Source: an uncultured bacterium | Lineage (GTDB): Bacteria; Fidelibacterota; Marinisomatia; Marinisomatales; UBA1611 | NCBI GenBank assembly: GCA_964498175.1 | Contig: CAZCHA010000003.1 | Location: forward strand, 1-40,793 | Length of the DNA stretch: 40,793 bases | Direction of reading: 5' to 3' | Part shown: positions 8,249 through 17,607 of the stretch, piece by piece | How positions within the stretch are numbered: position 1 is the stretch's first letter | Layout of the letters: every line of letters begins with the position of its first letter | Notes under the pieces: generated by a model | Database searches by the model: none | What the model saw: the letters and a program-made list of their open reading frames with translations, nothing else | Told to the model about the DNA's origin: nothing | Translations under genes and position numbers: made by a program

Positions 8249-10664
8249 ATTTTATATAATAATAGGACTGGCTGGTTGGTTAATTGGTCAAACTGTTCCA
8301 AGTATCCACCAAACCCAATTGGAATACTATAACCAAAATTATATTCTTCCTGAATTACATAATATAGATCCTATCAAACCAAAGGTTGTACGAGATCGTA
8401 TACCATCTAGAGAGGTCTTTGGCTATCACCCTTATTGGATGGGGACTTCTTGGCAAAATTATAATTTTGATCTCATATCTACTTTGGCCTATTTCAGCGC
8501 TGAAGCAAACACCAATGGAAGTTTGGGGAATCTTCACGGATGGCCTATTACAGGTTTGATTAACGAAGCACATGATCACGGCACAAATGTTGTTTTATGT
8601 GTCACACTATTTAGTAGCAGTGGAATTGAAACTTTACTCAGCAGTGCAACCTATCGTCAAAACCTGATCGATAATCTATTAGAACAGGTGCAAGCGGGAA
8701 ATGCTGATGGTGTAAATGTTGATTTTGAATCTTTCCCTGCCTCTCAAAAAGAGAATATGGTTACATTTATAACAGATCTTACCGAAACGTTTCATTCTGA
8801 GATTCCCGGTTCACAAGTGACGCTGGCCATGCCGGCGGTGGATTGGAATGATGCCTGGGATTATAATGCATTGGCAACAATCAGTGATGGTCTCTTCATC
8901 ATGGGGTACGCATATCATTGGAGTGAGAGTTCTACGACAGGACCTGTGTCGCCATTGACCGGTCCCGGATACACACTTTCTTGGACAGTGATGGATTATT
9001 TGGAAAAAACCAATTTTCAAGCAGACAAATTGATCTTGGGTATACCTTACTATGGATTCGAATGGCCAACTACATCTAACACACCAGGTGCAGCAACTAC
9101 AGGAACTGGAGTTTCAAAAACATACTCTGAAATGGAACCACTTGCCCTTTCCTTTGGAAAACAATGGCATGAATCTTCCCAAACACCCTGGTATTATTAC
9201 CAAGATTCAAATTGGAATCAAGGGTGGTATGATGATAGCCTCTCTCTTTCATTGAAATATGATTTTGCCCTTTATCATGATTTGAAAGGCATCGGCATGT
9301 GGGCTTTGGGTTACGACGGTACCAACCCGGAACTATGGGAACTCCTTTATGCCAAATTTAGTGGAGGATTACCTCCCACTTCTCCAACTGATCTATATAT
9401 TAAAAATATTGGAGGGGGTGAAATTCAACTCGATTTTAACGGCGCAAGCGGGGCCGATGAATTTATTGTTTTAAGAGATTATCTTGAAATTGAATATGAT
9501 ATTGACACTATTGGTATTTTTTCCGAAACCCCAATAATAATTAGTGATTTATCAGAAGATGAAACATATTTCATTAAAGTCGTTGCAACAAATATCTTTG
9601 GGAATAGTGACCCAACTGAAATGCTGGGTGTAGTTCCAACGGATGAACCAATTTCTTGCTTAATTGTGAATGGGTTTGATAGAATGGCAGGGACAAATAA
9701 TACGTTTGATTTTATTCGCCAACATGGTAGTGCACTGCATATAGCAGGATATTCATTTGATTCGGCGTCCAATGAAGCAGTGATAAATGGAAACATTTCG
9801 TTAACCGATTACAATTATGTTGATTGGATTCTTGGCGAGGAGGGAACATCCACCAGTGCTTTTACAGGTACAGAGCAAACCCTAGTGAAATCTTTTTTAG
9901 AAAGTGGAAGATTTTTATTCGTCTCCGGATCAGAAATTGGTTATGACCTTTCCGGACAAGGCAGTACATCGGATAACCAATTTTATACTAATTATTTAAA
10001 AGCAGATTATATCTCCGATGCAGCTGGCAGTAATGTTTATAGTGGATATGGCGTTAATAATAGCATCTTGGACGGTATCACCGGACTTACCTTTGATGAT
10101 GGATCCCAAGGTACCTACGATGTTGATTGGCCCGATGGAATTTTTCCAGTAGGAGATGCTTCGATTTGTGCAAAATATGACGGGGTTAATTATTCAACAC
10201 AAGGTGGCCTGGGAGTTGAATATGTAGGCACATTTGGATCAGGAAATGTAGATGGTGGGTTGGTATATCTTGCAGTTGGATTTGAAACAATTTACCCCGA
10301 ATCTAAAAGAAATGAGCTAATGATGGAGATAATGAATTTTTATCAATCACAACTGGAAATTGGAGATAATTTACCAGCCCCAATGCCATCTTCCCTTGTA
10401 ATCGATAAATTGTATCCCAATCCAACTAATACTTCCCTCACAATTAAATTTTCATCAATGTTAAACGAGACAATTATAATAACCATTACAGATATTTTGG
10501 GTAGAGTTGTTAAACAATCAACCCTGACTTCAATCCAAAATAAAACCAGTTTTACCTGGGATGGGTTAGATCAAAAAGGTCAACCAAGTCCGACAGGCTT
10601 ATATTTAGTTTCTATCAGTAATGGAAAAACAATTGAATCCAGGAAAGTTACTTTATTAAAATGA
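8217..10664 (+). CDS. Secreted multidomain GH18-family hydrolase (GH18 + Fn3-like + uncharacterised ~235-aa domain + T9SS CTD)
   Basis: GH18 blocks are GYHPYWMG, NADGVNVDFES (acid pair D-x-E), IPYYGFEW and GIGMWALGYDG. An Fn3-like segment spans roughly aa 385-475. The CTD is LYPNPTNTSLTIKF...GLYLVSI...KVTLLK. The start is uncertain: TTG 8217 overlaps lysA by 32 nt, and GTG 8238 is an alternative. Confidence 0.75.
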   Translation: MKIFFQVVIFRFYIIIGLAGWLIGQTVPSIHQTQLEYYNQNYILPELHNIDPIKPKVVRDRIPSREVFGYHPYWMGTSWQNYNFDLISTLAYFSAEANTNGSLGNLHGWPITGLINEAHDHGTNVVLCVTLFSSSGIETLLSSATYRQNLIDNLLEQVQAGNADGVNVDFESFPASQKENMVTFITDLTETFHSEIPGSQVTLAMPAVDWNDAWDYNALATISDGLFIMGYAYHWSESSTTGPVSPLTGPGYTLSWTVMDYLEKTNFQADKLILGIPYYGFEWPTTSNTPGAATTGTGVSKTYSEMEPLALSFGKQWHESSQTPWYYYQDSNWNQGWYDDSLSLSLKYDFALYHDLKGIGMWALGYDGTNPELWELLYAKFSGGLPPTSPTDLYIKNIGGGEIQLDFNGASGADEFIVLRDYLEIEYDIDTIGIFSETPIIISDLSEDETYFIKVVATNIFGNSDPTEMLGVVPTDEPISCLIVNGFDRMAGTNNTFDFIRQHGSALHIAGYSFDSASNEAVINGNISLTDYNYVDWILGEEGTSTSAFTGTEQTLVKSFLESGRFLFVSGSEIGYDLSGQGSTSDNQFYTNYLKADYISDAAGSNVYSGYGVNNSILDGITGLTFDDGSQGTYDVDWPDGIFPVGDASICAKYDGVNYSTQGGLGVEYVGTFGSGNVDGGLVYLAVGFETIYPESKRNELMMEIMNFYQSQLEIGDNLPAPMPSSLVIDKLYPNPTNTSLTIKFSSMLNETIIITITDILGRVVKQSTLTSIQNKTSFTWDGLDQKGQPSPTGLYLVSISNGKTIESRKVTLLK

Positions 10665-11899
10665 TCCACCGGATTTCCTTTCTCCTTTTTCTCACTTTCT
10701 TTTTTGCACAAGAAAATCGCTCATCTATTCATCAAGAACAGTTGAAACACTTTAATAAAAAACCACCTCCCCCTGTTGAAAAAATTCATGTTTTAACAGG
10801 CTTGGATGTGCTGTTGGAAAAAAAGAAAAATATCATTCAGGGAAAGTCTATTGCACTGGTTACCAATCATAGCGGAATTGATAGATTTGGTATTTCTAAT
10901 TATAAGCGACTCATGACCATGAACGATGTGGATTTGAAAGTTATATTTACTCCTGAGCATGGGCTTTTTGGGAATGTCGATGCTGGAGCGGAAGTCTCCT
11001 ATTCAGAAAGTAATTTGGATTTACCTAAAGTCATTAGTCTCTATGGAAAAACTCGGAAACCTTCAATTGAAATGCTCGAAGGGGTTGATTTAATTCTCTA
11101 TGACATTCAAGATATTGGTGCTCGATTTTATACCTATATCACCACGCTAGGATTAGTCATGGAATCTGCTGCAGAATTAGAAATTTCAGTGATCGTTTTG
11201 GATCGTCCTAATCCAATTCGAGGCGATATTATTGAAGGACCAATCTTGAAATTGGATTATCAAACCTTTGTGGGTTATTACCCAATCCCAATTCGTTATG
11301 GTGGAACTGTAGGCGGCTTAGCCCAAAAAATAATTGCGAACAAATGGATCTCCCCTGTCCCGATTGTAGAAGTGATTGAAATGGAGGGTTGGGAACAAAG
11401 CCTTTGGTATGATGAAACAGACTTGCCTTGGATAAAACCATCTCCTAATATTCCTGATTTAGAAACTGCTATTATTTACCCTGGAATGTGTATCATAGAA
11501 GGAACAAATTTGAGTGAAGGTCGTGGAACTCAAAATCCATTTAAACAAATTGGTGCACCATGGGTAGATGGAAAACTTTTATCTCAAAAACTCAATAAAT
11601 TTAACTTACCGGGAGTTGTATTTAAGCCGGCCTTATTTACACCTATTTCCATTCCAGGAATGTCCAAACACCCAAAATTTCAGGATGAAAAATGTTCCGG
11701 GATCGAAATCGTTATCTTAGATCGAAATAATTATAACAGTGTAAATACAGGTATAGTTACTTTATTTATTTTTTACTCCATGTATTCCGAGAATATTACA
11801 TTTAAAGAAAAACACTTAAACCGACTGTGGGGTAGTGACCAATTATTAAAGGGAATAAAGAAAGGTACTTCGCCCCTGGATTTCATTCAATCCTACTAA
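10661..11899 (+). CDS. namZ: DUF1343 / NamZ-family exo-beta-N-acetylmuramidase, exported
   Basis: Signal peptide. Hallmark DUF1343 blocks are TGLDVLLE..GKSIALVTNHSGID, FTPEHGLFG, LYDIQDIGARFYTYITTLG, VLDRPNP, SPNIPD and EGTNLSEGRGT. The ATG overlaps the upstream stop (ATGA). Confidence 0.8.
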   Translation: MIHRISFLLFLTFFFAQENRSSIHQEQLKHFNKKPPPPVEKIHVLTGLDVLLEKKKNIIQGKSIALVTNHSGIDRFGISNYKRLMTMNDVDLKVIFTPEHGLFGNVDAGAEVSYSESNLDLPKVISLYGKTRKPSIEMLEGVDLILYDIQDIGARFYTYITTLGLVMESAAELEISVIVLDRPNPIRGDIIEGPILKLDYQTFVGYYPIPIRYGGTVGGLAQKIIANKWISPVPIVEVIEMEGWEQSLWYDETDLPWIKPSPNIPDLETAIIYPGMCIIEGTNLSEGRGTQNPFKQIGAPWVDGKLLSQKLNKFNLPGVVFKPALFTPISIPGMSKHPKFQDEKCSGIEIVILDRNNYNSVNTGIVTLFIFYSMYSENITFKEKHLNRLWGSDQLLKGIKKGTSPLDFIQSY

Positions 11900-11909
11900 G
11901 AAAAATACA

Positions 11910-13184
11910 CTATTTTATTAAAACTAGTTTCACAGTTTCTAAACCCGATTCATTTTCCGGATGGGCAAAGTATAAACCATTACCTAATTTTTGGCCAAGA
12001 TCATTTTTTCCATCCCAACTTAAATACTTAATTCCAGGTATCAAGTCGGTGCCGTATAAAGTTTTTACCTTTCTCCCAAGAATATCAAAAATATCTATAT
12101 ATAAGTCAGCACCGTTAGTTAATTCGATGCTAAATGTAACTTGGGTTGAAAACGGGTTTGGAAAGGCCGGTTGAAAAAATGAAATTGGAGGAATCTCCAT
12201 AGATTCCATATAATTAACAATATCTATGCGAATATTCGGCAATTCATACCAAACATTATCACCAGGACATGCAGTATTACCAAAATAATCCCTATGCCCA
12301 AGAAGTGATGCTGGATTTTGCTGGTAAGCATCTGAAATCCAACCAAATAATTGCATAATAGATTCTCGACTTTCAGATGTCATTGTCTGAAAACAATTCT
12401 CTTCGGGTGGATGGTAACACCCCAATAGGCAGACACCTATATTTCCTGAATTTGCACCACCTACATGTGACCCAACAACGGTTTCAGGTCGACCCTGATA
12501 AATATTGCCTCCACGATCAACAAGAAAATGATAGGCAATATCATTCCATCCTCGTCCATTCTGATGAAAATCTTGGATCCACCTAACTTGACTTTTACCT
12601 TCAGCTAAATTTTCTGCACTGCAACAGGCTGCATGATGAAGTGTCAACTTATCAATATAAGGATGGTTACTATAAGAATATTTTGGAGGTTCTGCTCCCC
12701 ATTCTTCTCTAGTAACAATGGATGGTTTTGGAACATCACCATCCATTATATTTATGGGGCGTGAAGTAATTTGAATCAATTCTAAATCTGGAATAAATCC
12801 AATCACTGATTTAATTTGTAATAATTCAGTAGCAACTATAGTATAGGAAAATTGACTTAATTTTTCCTTTGATTCATTGGTAAATGTTGCAAAGGTTGTA
12901 CCCGAGTTTTCGCTTTGGAATAAATTCCCCGAATAAGATATAGATTGACCTCTCCTATTAATAATAGAAAATGTAACACGAATAACAGATTCACTTTCAA
13001 TCTCAAGCGCACCACCTTCTAATAAATAATCTATTTGAGAAGATTTTCCTTCATGTATGAAGAAAGATAAACTGTCATGGACTTCAAGAGCAGGATATTC
13101 GTCAATTAATGGACCCAAATCCCCAACTTGGGAAAATATAAAAGAAAATAATAATAAAAATTGAAATGAGAAAATTCGTTTCAA
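11910..13184 (-). CDS. Secreted N-acetylmuramoyl-L-alanine amidase (Amidase_2 / PGRP fold) with T9SS CTD
   Basis: Signal peptide. Amidase_2 blocks are LTLHHAA, WNDIAYHFLVDRGGNIYQGR, GSHVGGANSGNIGVCLLG and GHRDYFGNTACPG. The CTD is AFPNPFSTQVTFSI...GLYFA...VKLVLIK. Confidence 0.8.
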   Translation of the reverse strand: MKRIFSFQFLLLFSFIFSQVGDLGPLIDEYPALEVHDSLSFFIHEGKSSQIDYLLEGGALEIESESVIRVTFSIINRRGQSISYSGNLFQSENSGTTFATFTNESKEKLSQFSYTIVATELLQIKSVIGFIPDLELIQITSRPINIMDGDVPKPSIVTREEWGAEPPKYSYSNHPYIDKLTLHHAACCSAENLAEGKSQVRWIQDFHQNGRGWNDIAYHFLVDRGGNIYQGRPETVVGSHVGGANSGNIGVCLLGCYHPPEENCFQTMTSESRESIMQLFGWISDAYQQNPASLLGHRDYFGNTACPGDNVWYELPNIRIDIVNYMESMEIPPISFFQPAFPNPFSTQVTFSIELTNGADLYIDIFDILGRKVKTLYGTDLIPGIKYLSWDGKNDLGQKLGNGLYFAHPENESGLETVKLVLIK

Positions 13185-13204
13185 TTCAATAATATATTTA
13201 TAGC

Positions 13205-14230
13205 TTAAAAATTAAACCCTATTGATAGTCGCTCTACAGAACCTAATGGCCCAAAATCTGAAATTGAATAATCCAATTTCAAGATGGTAGCAGTTCTCCA
13301 AATACGATAATCTAATCCTACACCAAATGTTGGGCCTTCAATTGACTCTTCTTTAAATAAAGAAGGAATCCCTGTACGTACGGAAACAAGATTATTAAAA
13401 ACTGCTTCCATGCCCATATTCACATACTCAGAATTATCATTAGGGTGTAATGCATCTATGCCATAGGTTAATCTTAAATTATTTGAATTAATGAATTCGC
13501 CAGAAATACCAACGCGGAAAAACAATGGTATTGGAAAAGATTCTGTTTCAAGATTTGCATTGATAAACTCAACATTCCCTTGATTCACTGGATCAGGATC
13601 CACACTGATTTTTTGATCTCTACCCTCTAATTTCATTTTTCCGCCATAATTACTTATAGATGCACCAAGCCTTATTCCTTTAAATGGTGTTGTAAATAAC
13701 GCACCAATATCCCCTGCAAAAGTACTCGCCGTTGCGTGCCAAATATTCTGCTGGATATATTTGATGGAGCCACCTAAGGAAAATTTATCCGTCAAGGAAC
13801 GGGCATAGCTTAGATTAACTGCTAAATCATTAGTAGAAAATTTTTCACCGGTTCCTTCTGGTTTTACAACAGTTCTTACAAGATCTTCCGGTGAAGAAAG
13901 GCTGATGATACCAAATCCTAATACACCTGCCCCAGGAAGAGAAATTCCTGTAAAAATATGTTGATGTTTCATAGTAGCGAGCCAATCATGGTTTCCAAAC
14001 TGAATACCAATACCTTGGATGCTTGCTAATCCAGCTGGATTCCAAAACATACTACTCAAATTGGATTTCAGGCCAACACCAGCATTGCCCATTGCGGTAC
14101 TGCGTGCATCCACACCTATTTTTAGAAACTGAGCCACTGTCGTACCCGATTTGGTAATAATTTGATTGTTTCCAAACTGTCCCAATAGGACAGTTGATAT
14201 GAACGTCATTTGAAATAATATTTTTATCAT
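13205..14230 (-). CDS. PorV/PorQ-family outer-membrane beta-barrel (T9SS shuttle-like)
   Basis: Signal peptide. The N-terminal GTTVAQFLKIGVDARSTAMGNAGVGL...FWNPAGLA is the characteristic PorV/PorQ opening. The rest shows an alternating beta-strand pattern and ends in ...LSIGFNF. It overlaps the upstream gene by 4 nt. Confidence 0.65.
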   Translation of the reverse strand: MIKILFQMTFISTVLLGQFGNNQIITKSGTTVAQFLKIGVDARSTAMGNAGVGLKSNLSSMFWNPAGLASIQGIGIQFGNHDWLATMKHQHIFTGISLPGAGVLGFGIISLSSPEDLVRTVVKPEGTGEKFSTNDLAVNLSYARSLTDKFSLGGSIKYIQQNIWHATASTFAGDIGALFTTPFKGIRLGASISNYGGKMKLEGRDQKISVDPDPVNQGNVEFINANLETESFPIPLFFRVGISGEFINSNNLRLTYGIDALHPNDNSEYVNMGMEAVFNNLVSVRTGIPSLFKEESIEGPTFGVGLDYRIWRTATILKLDYSISDFGPLGSVERLSIGFNF

Positions 14231-17200
14231 TTGATAACGGCAAACCTTCCAATTTTTTCACCCACGCCTGGTGCATTAACATGATAAATATATACACCAA
14301 AAGCCAATGGAAAATTGTCTTTTGTGGTCAAATCCCAATGTTCCTGCCCATTATTCATCTCAGTATCGTGATTTAATGTTTGGACATGGTCACCTGAAAC
14401 TGTATAAATAGAAATAGTGCATTGCATTGGTAAATGATTAAAATAAATTTTTCGGGAGCCTCTATCTTGAGGGTTCTGCAAATCCAATTGTTCTAAGACA
14501 TTGGTTACAACATAGGGGTTTGGTACAACAGAAATATTTTTCAATTCATCATGTGCTTTATTGCTATTATAATTACTAGCGACCGTTGAAAAAGTCATTG
14601 TATCACTCGTAGCAAATGGTCGATGTGTTCCGATGAAAAATACATCTCCATTTTCAGGAGATATTGTATCACCAAACTCAGGTTGAAAAAAAGTAAATTC
14701 CCACTTAGGCCTGAGAGGATCACCCTCCATAATGATTGCACGATCACCCGGTGTCCAAAGGCTATCTGACTCTCCTTCTTCAATTATGGTTACTTCTTCT
14801 TGAGCCAGCTCTCTCCCAACTGTTACATCCCAAACTTGAAAATTCATCCTTGAATAGCCGAAAGATGGATGCAACGCGCTACTACTGGTATCAGCGATTT
14901 CATCAAAAAACCTAATCTCATAATCTCCAGGATACATGAATTGGTCTGCACCATTAAATGGTATAACATCACCAATCCAATTTGACCTAGACGAAGATGA
15001 CCAGCCCGTACTTGATTGATCCAAAGCCAACTCTACATCCTGAACTGTAATATTAATCCCATCAAAAATTGGATTTAATTGTTCGGAGTTTACATGTTCA
15101 CTTTCAATAAATGGAAAATAGGTATACGATATGGTATAAATTTGACCATCTGACATTGTCCCTGAAGGTATCCCCCTAATTTTCCCAATATCATTTAATA
15201 TTTCATAATCAGTGCCCTGAATATATTCAGTCTCATTTTCATCTATAACGTGTACAGATTCACTAACAATATTCTCTTTTAACAAACCCACAAATTGATC
15301 TAATCTTATTGTTATTTTTTCTTCAATGGGCGTTAAATCTCTCAGACTATAGCGTGTAGGTGATTCTTTGAAGGTTAGCTGAAACATATTGTCATTTTCT
15401 ACTTCATCTGGACCAACAATTTCTAAGTGAACGGTAGCTGTGGACACGCCTGAAGGATGCGCAATAAATCCATTGATACTACCAGGTACATACCCTGTAG
15501 ATGGTGATCTCGGGATGACCCTCCTTGTATTTACATCAAGAATTAGCTCATTTGTTTCAGGGTTAACTGTAATAGTTTTGGAACATTCTGTAGGTGGTAT
15601 TTGTAAATCCACATCACCATGATCATAAGAAACAACAGTATAGTAGTAAGTTTGACCATTAATCACATTATTTGAATCGATAAACGAATGAACCAGCCCT
15701 GTATTATCACCTAAATTATAATGAGTCCCTCTACCGGAATACACTACAGAACTGAGACCATAGTAATCATTTTCAAGATCAAATCTTGCAGGTGCTCCAT
15801 TAACCATTTTTAATGGTTCAAAAAGAAATTTAGTACCAAAATCATCTGTAATTGTTTGTTGATCCAAAAATTGTGGATCCGTACTTCTATATATCACATA
15901 GCCCTCAAAATCATATTGATCTGATATAGGATCAATAGACTCTTCCGCCTTGTTATCCCAAAATAAGGTGACCTGTTCATCCCCAGGAACAGCAGTAATG
16001 ATAGGTTTCTCAGGCGGTTTAGCGAATTGGTAATTCCTTTCATAAATATCCTGTGCTGTAATAGCATTCAAAGTAAGATCATCATGGTCTTCTCCAACGA
16101 GTAACGCAATAGAGAATCTTCTGGTTTCACCTGCAGGGAGGTCAATAGGCCCTGAATTATAAATAAATACATAATCTCCAGCCTGGGTGGCATTTGCAGA
16201 ATCAAAAACTCCTGGCTGTAAAAAATCATTAAATACACGATCATCAGCAGCAATTGTTGTTCCCGAAAATGATGGAGACGAAAAACCGGTTAGCCCCACC
16301 ATATCTGCTTCATCTAAATCGGTCCATTCATAATTCGGTTCACCCGGTGCACGAATATCATATTGTTTATTACAATCTATTGGGGCCGTCGGTACTCCAT
16401 CACCCTCACCACAATCACCTGTGTTTGGAACACCATCTATACCAATATCATCATTTTCAACATCCCAGTCATTATCATCATCTTCATTATTATTTCTACT
16501 TTCATCAGTCATTCCATCATTATCATTATCTAAACCATCATAAGGATTGCCAGGACTTTCTAAAAACTTATACCCAAAAAAACCAGGGTTCCTGGCACTT
16601 CCACTTGCGCTACCATCTTCATCCCAACAATAAACCATATTTAATTCATGGTCAAAATAGGATAAATCATCACTCCAATCACTTGGGCCTCCAATATGAG
16701 GATCACCCCACATACCAAATATCACTTCATGAAGATCCTTTTCACTTTTATTTGTTACTTTATAGATTAGAAAAATAATATCTTCTGCTAATGGATTTGC
16801 CCATTGGTAATACCGATATTCGATCTGTAAACCCAAACCCTTTCGCGAAGAATCATCTGGAAAGGGATAATATTCAAACTCTTTGTTTCTTCGATCATCA
16901 CAAACAAAAAATGCTTCTTCATCTGCATTGGATGCACCTTGTCTTAAATCCCCTGGCCAAACATAATCTTTTAGATTGGGATTATACCAATCCTCTGCCC
17001 AACTATCAGGCTTTCCGTCAAAATCACGATCTATATCGCTAGATGTTGGAATTTTTTCAGAATTCGGATCCGCAAAATAAATGCCATTATCACTGTGTGA
17101 CAATGGCTCCCAAGTCCAATATTCTGACCCATCTGGAGATCGTTCAGGGTCTGTTACCAAACCATCACTAATGACCCTGGCAAACCAAGTTGTGTCCCCA

Positions 17201-17607
17201 TTTTCTACTTTTGGATAAGCATCCGGGTGACTATTGGGTTTCACCGGAACTTCAGCACAAATAAACGGCCCAAACTCATACCCATATCCCAAACCTTCCC
17301 AAATAATATCTGTGATTCGATTACCGGGCCTAGATATAGAACCATAATTCCAAATCTCGGATGTAATCTTATTCCCTGTGATAATTGCATATTGGCGGCG
17401 TAAAATCTGTTCATCCTCCTCTAAAATGCGGGCACGATTTCTTTCTGTCCAACGATAATACCGCTCAAACTTCGACTGACTCCATTCTTTCTTAGGGCCA
17501 TCTTTGAAATCTTTATCTAATAGAAATGGAAAAGCTGCATTGGTTAGATTACCAAAGATTAGAGCCACTCCAATCAAAAAACTTAGATGTAGATTTTTTG
17601 GACTCAT
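14227..17607 (-). CDS. Large (1126 aa) exported protein of unknown function: acidic Ca-binding-like repeats, Fn3-like segment, variant CTD-like C-terminus
   Basis: Signal peptide. An Asp/Asn-rich block DGLDNDNDGMTDESRNNNEDDDNDWDVENDDIGIDGVPNTGDCGEGDGVPT (nt 16378..16545) resembles thrombospondin-type-3 or dockerin Ca sites. An Fn3-like segment reads YVIYRSTDPQF...YYYTVVSYDHGD. The C-terminus VVPNPYVV...ISIYTVSGDHV...GVYIYHV...RFAVIK resembles a T9SS CTD with an insertion. It has 4-nt overlaps with both neighbours. Confidence 0.7.
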   Translation of the reverse strand: MSPKNLHLSFLIGVALIFGNLTNAAFPFLLDKDFKDGPKKEWSQSKFERYYRWTERNRARILEEDEQILRRQYAIITGNKITSEIWNYGSISRPGNRITDIIWEGLGYGYEFGPFICAEVPVKPNSHPDAYPKVENGDTTWFARVISDGLVTDPERSPDGSEYWTWEPLSHSDNGIYFADPNSEKIPTSSDIDRDFDGKPDSWAEDWYNPNLKDYVWPGDLRQGASNADEEAFFVCDDRRNKEFEYYPFPDDSSRKGLGLQIEYRYYQWANPLAEDIIFLIYKVTNKSEKDLHEVIFGMWGDPHIGGPSDWSDDLSYFDHELNMVYCWDEDGSASGSARNPGFFGYKFLESPGNPYDGLDNDNDGMTDESRNNNEDDDNDWDVENDDIGIDGVPNTGDCGEGDGVPTAPIDCNKQYDIRAPGEPNYEWTDLDEADMVGLTGFSSPSFSGTTIAADDRVFNDFLQPGVFDSANATQAGDYVFIYNSGPIDLPAGETRRFSIALLVGEDHDDLTLNAITAQDIYERNYQFAKPPEKPIITAVPGDEQVTLFWDNKAEESIDPISDQYDFEGYVIYRSTDPQFLDQQTITDDFGTKFLFEPLKMVNGAPARFDLENDYYGLSSVVYSGRGTHYNLGDNTGLVHSFIDSNNVINGQTYYYTVVSYDHGDVDLQIPPTECSKTITVNPETNELILDVNTRRVIPRSPSTGYVPGSINGFIAHPSGVSTATVHLEIVGPDEVENDNMFQLTFKESPTRYSLRDLTPIEEKITIRLDQFVGLLKENIVSESVHVIDENETEYIQGTDYEILNDIGKIRGIPSGTMSDGQIYTISYTYFPFIESEHVNSEQLNPIFDGINITVQDVELALDQSSTGWSSSSRSNWIGDVIPFNGADQFMYPGDYEIRFFDEIADTSSSALHPSFGYSRMNFQVWDVTVGRELAQEEVTIIEEGESDSLWTPGDRAIIMEGDPLRPKWEFTFFQPEFGDTISPENGDVFFIGTHRPFATSDTMTFSTVASNYNSNKAHDELKNISVVPNPYVVTNVLEQLDLQNPQDRGSRKIYFNHLPMQCTISIYTVSGDHVQTLNHDTEMNNGQEHWDLTTKDNFPLAFGVYIYHVNAPGVGEKIGRFAVIK

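Noticed and set aside
2275-11899. Reading the locus as an ordinary chitin-utilisation cluster (GH18 + NagB)
   Set aside because: Chitin use would not require two MurNAc-L-Ala amidases, two NamZ exo-muramidases, a DigH-like GHL10 enzyme, PBP4, LdcA, a D-Ala-D-Ala dipeptidase or a DAP decarboxylase. The GH18 enzymes could still also accept chitin, and this has not been excluded.
16254-16778. 174-aa His-rich plus-strand ORF
   Set aside because: It is a shadow ORF antisense to the Asp/Asn-rich repeat region of the 1126-aa protein, where GAT/AAT codons read as ATC/ATT/CAT on the other strand. It is low in complexity and has no start context.
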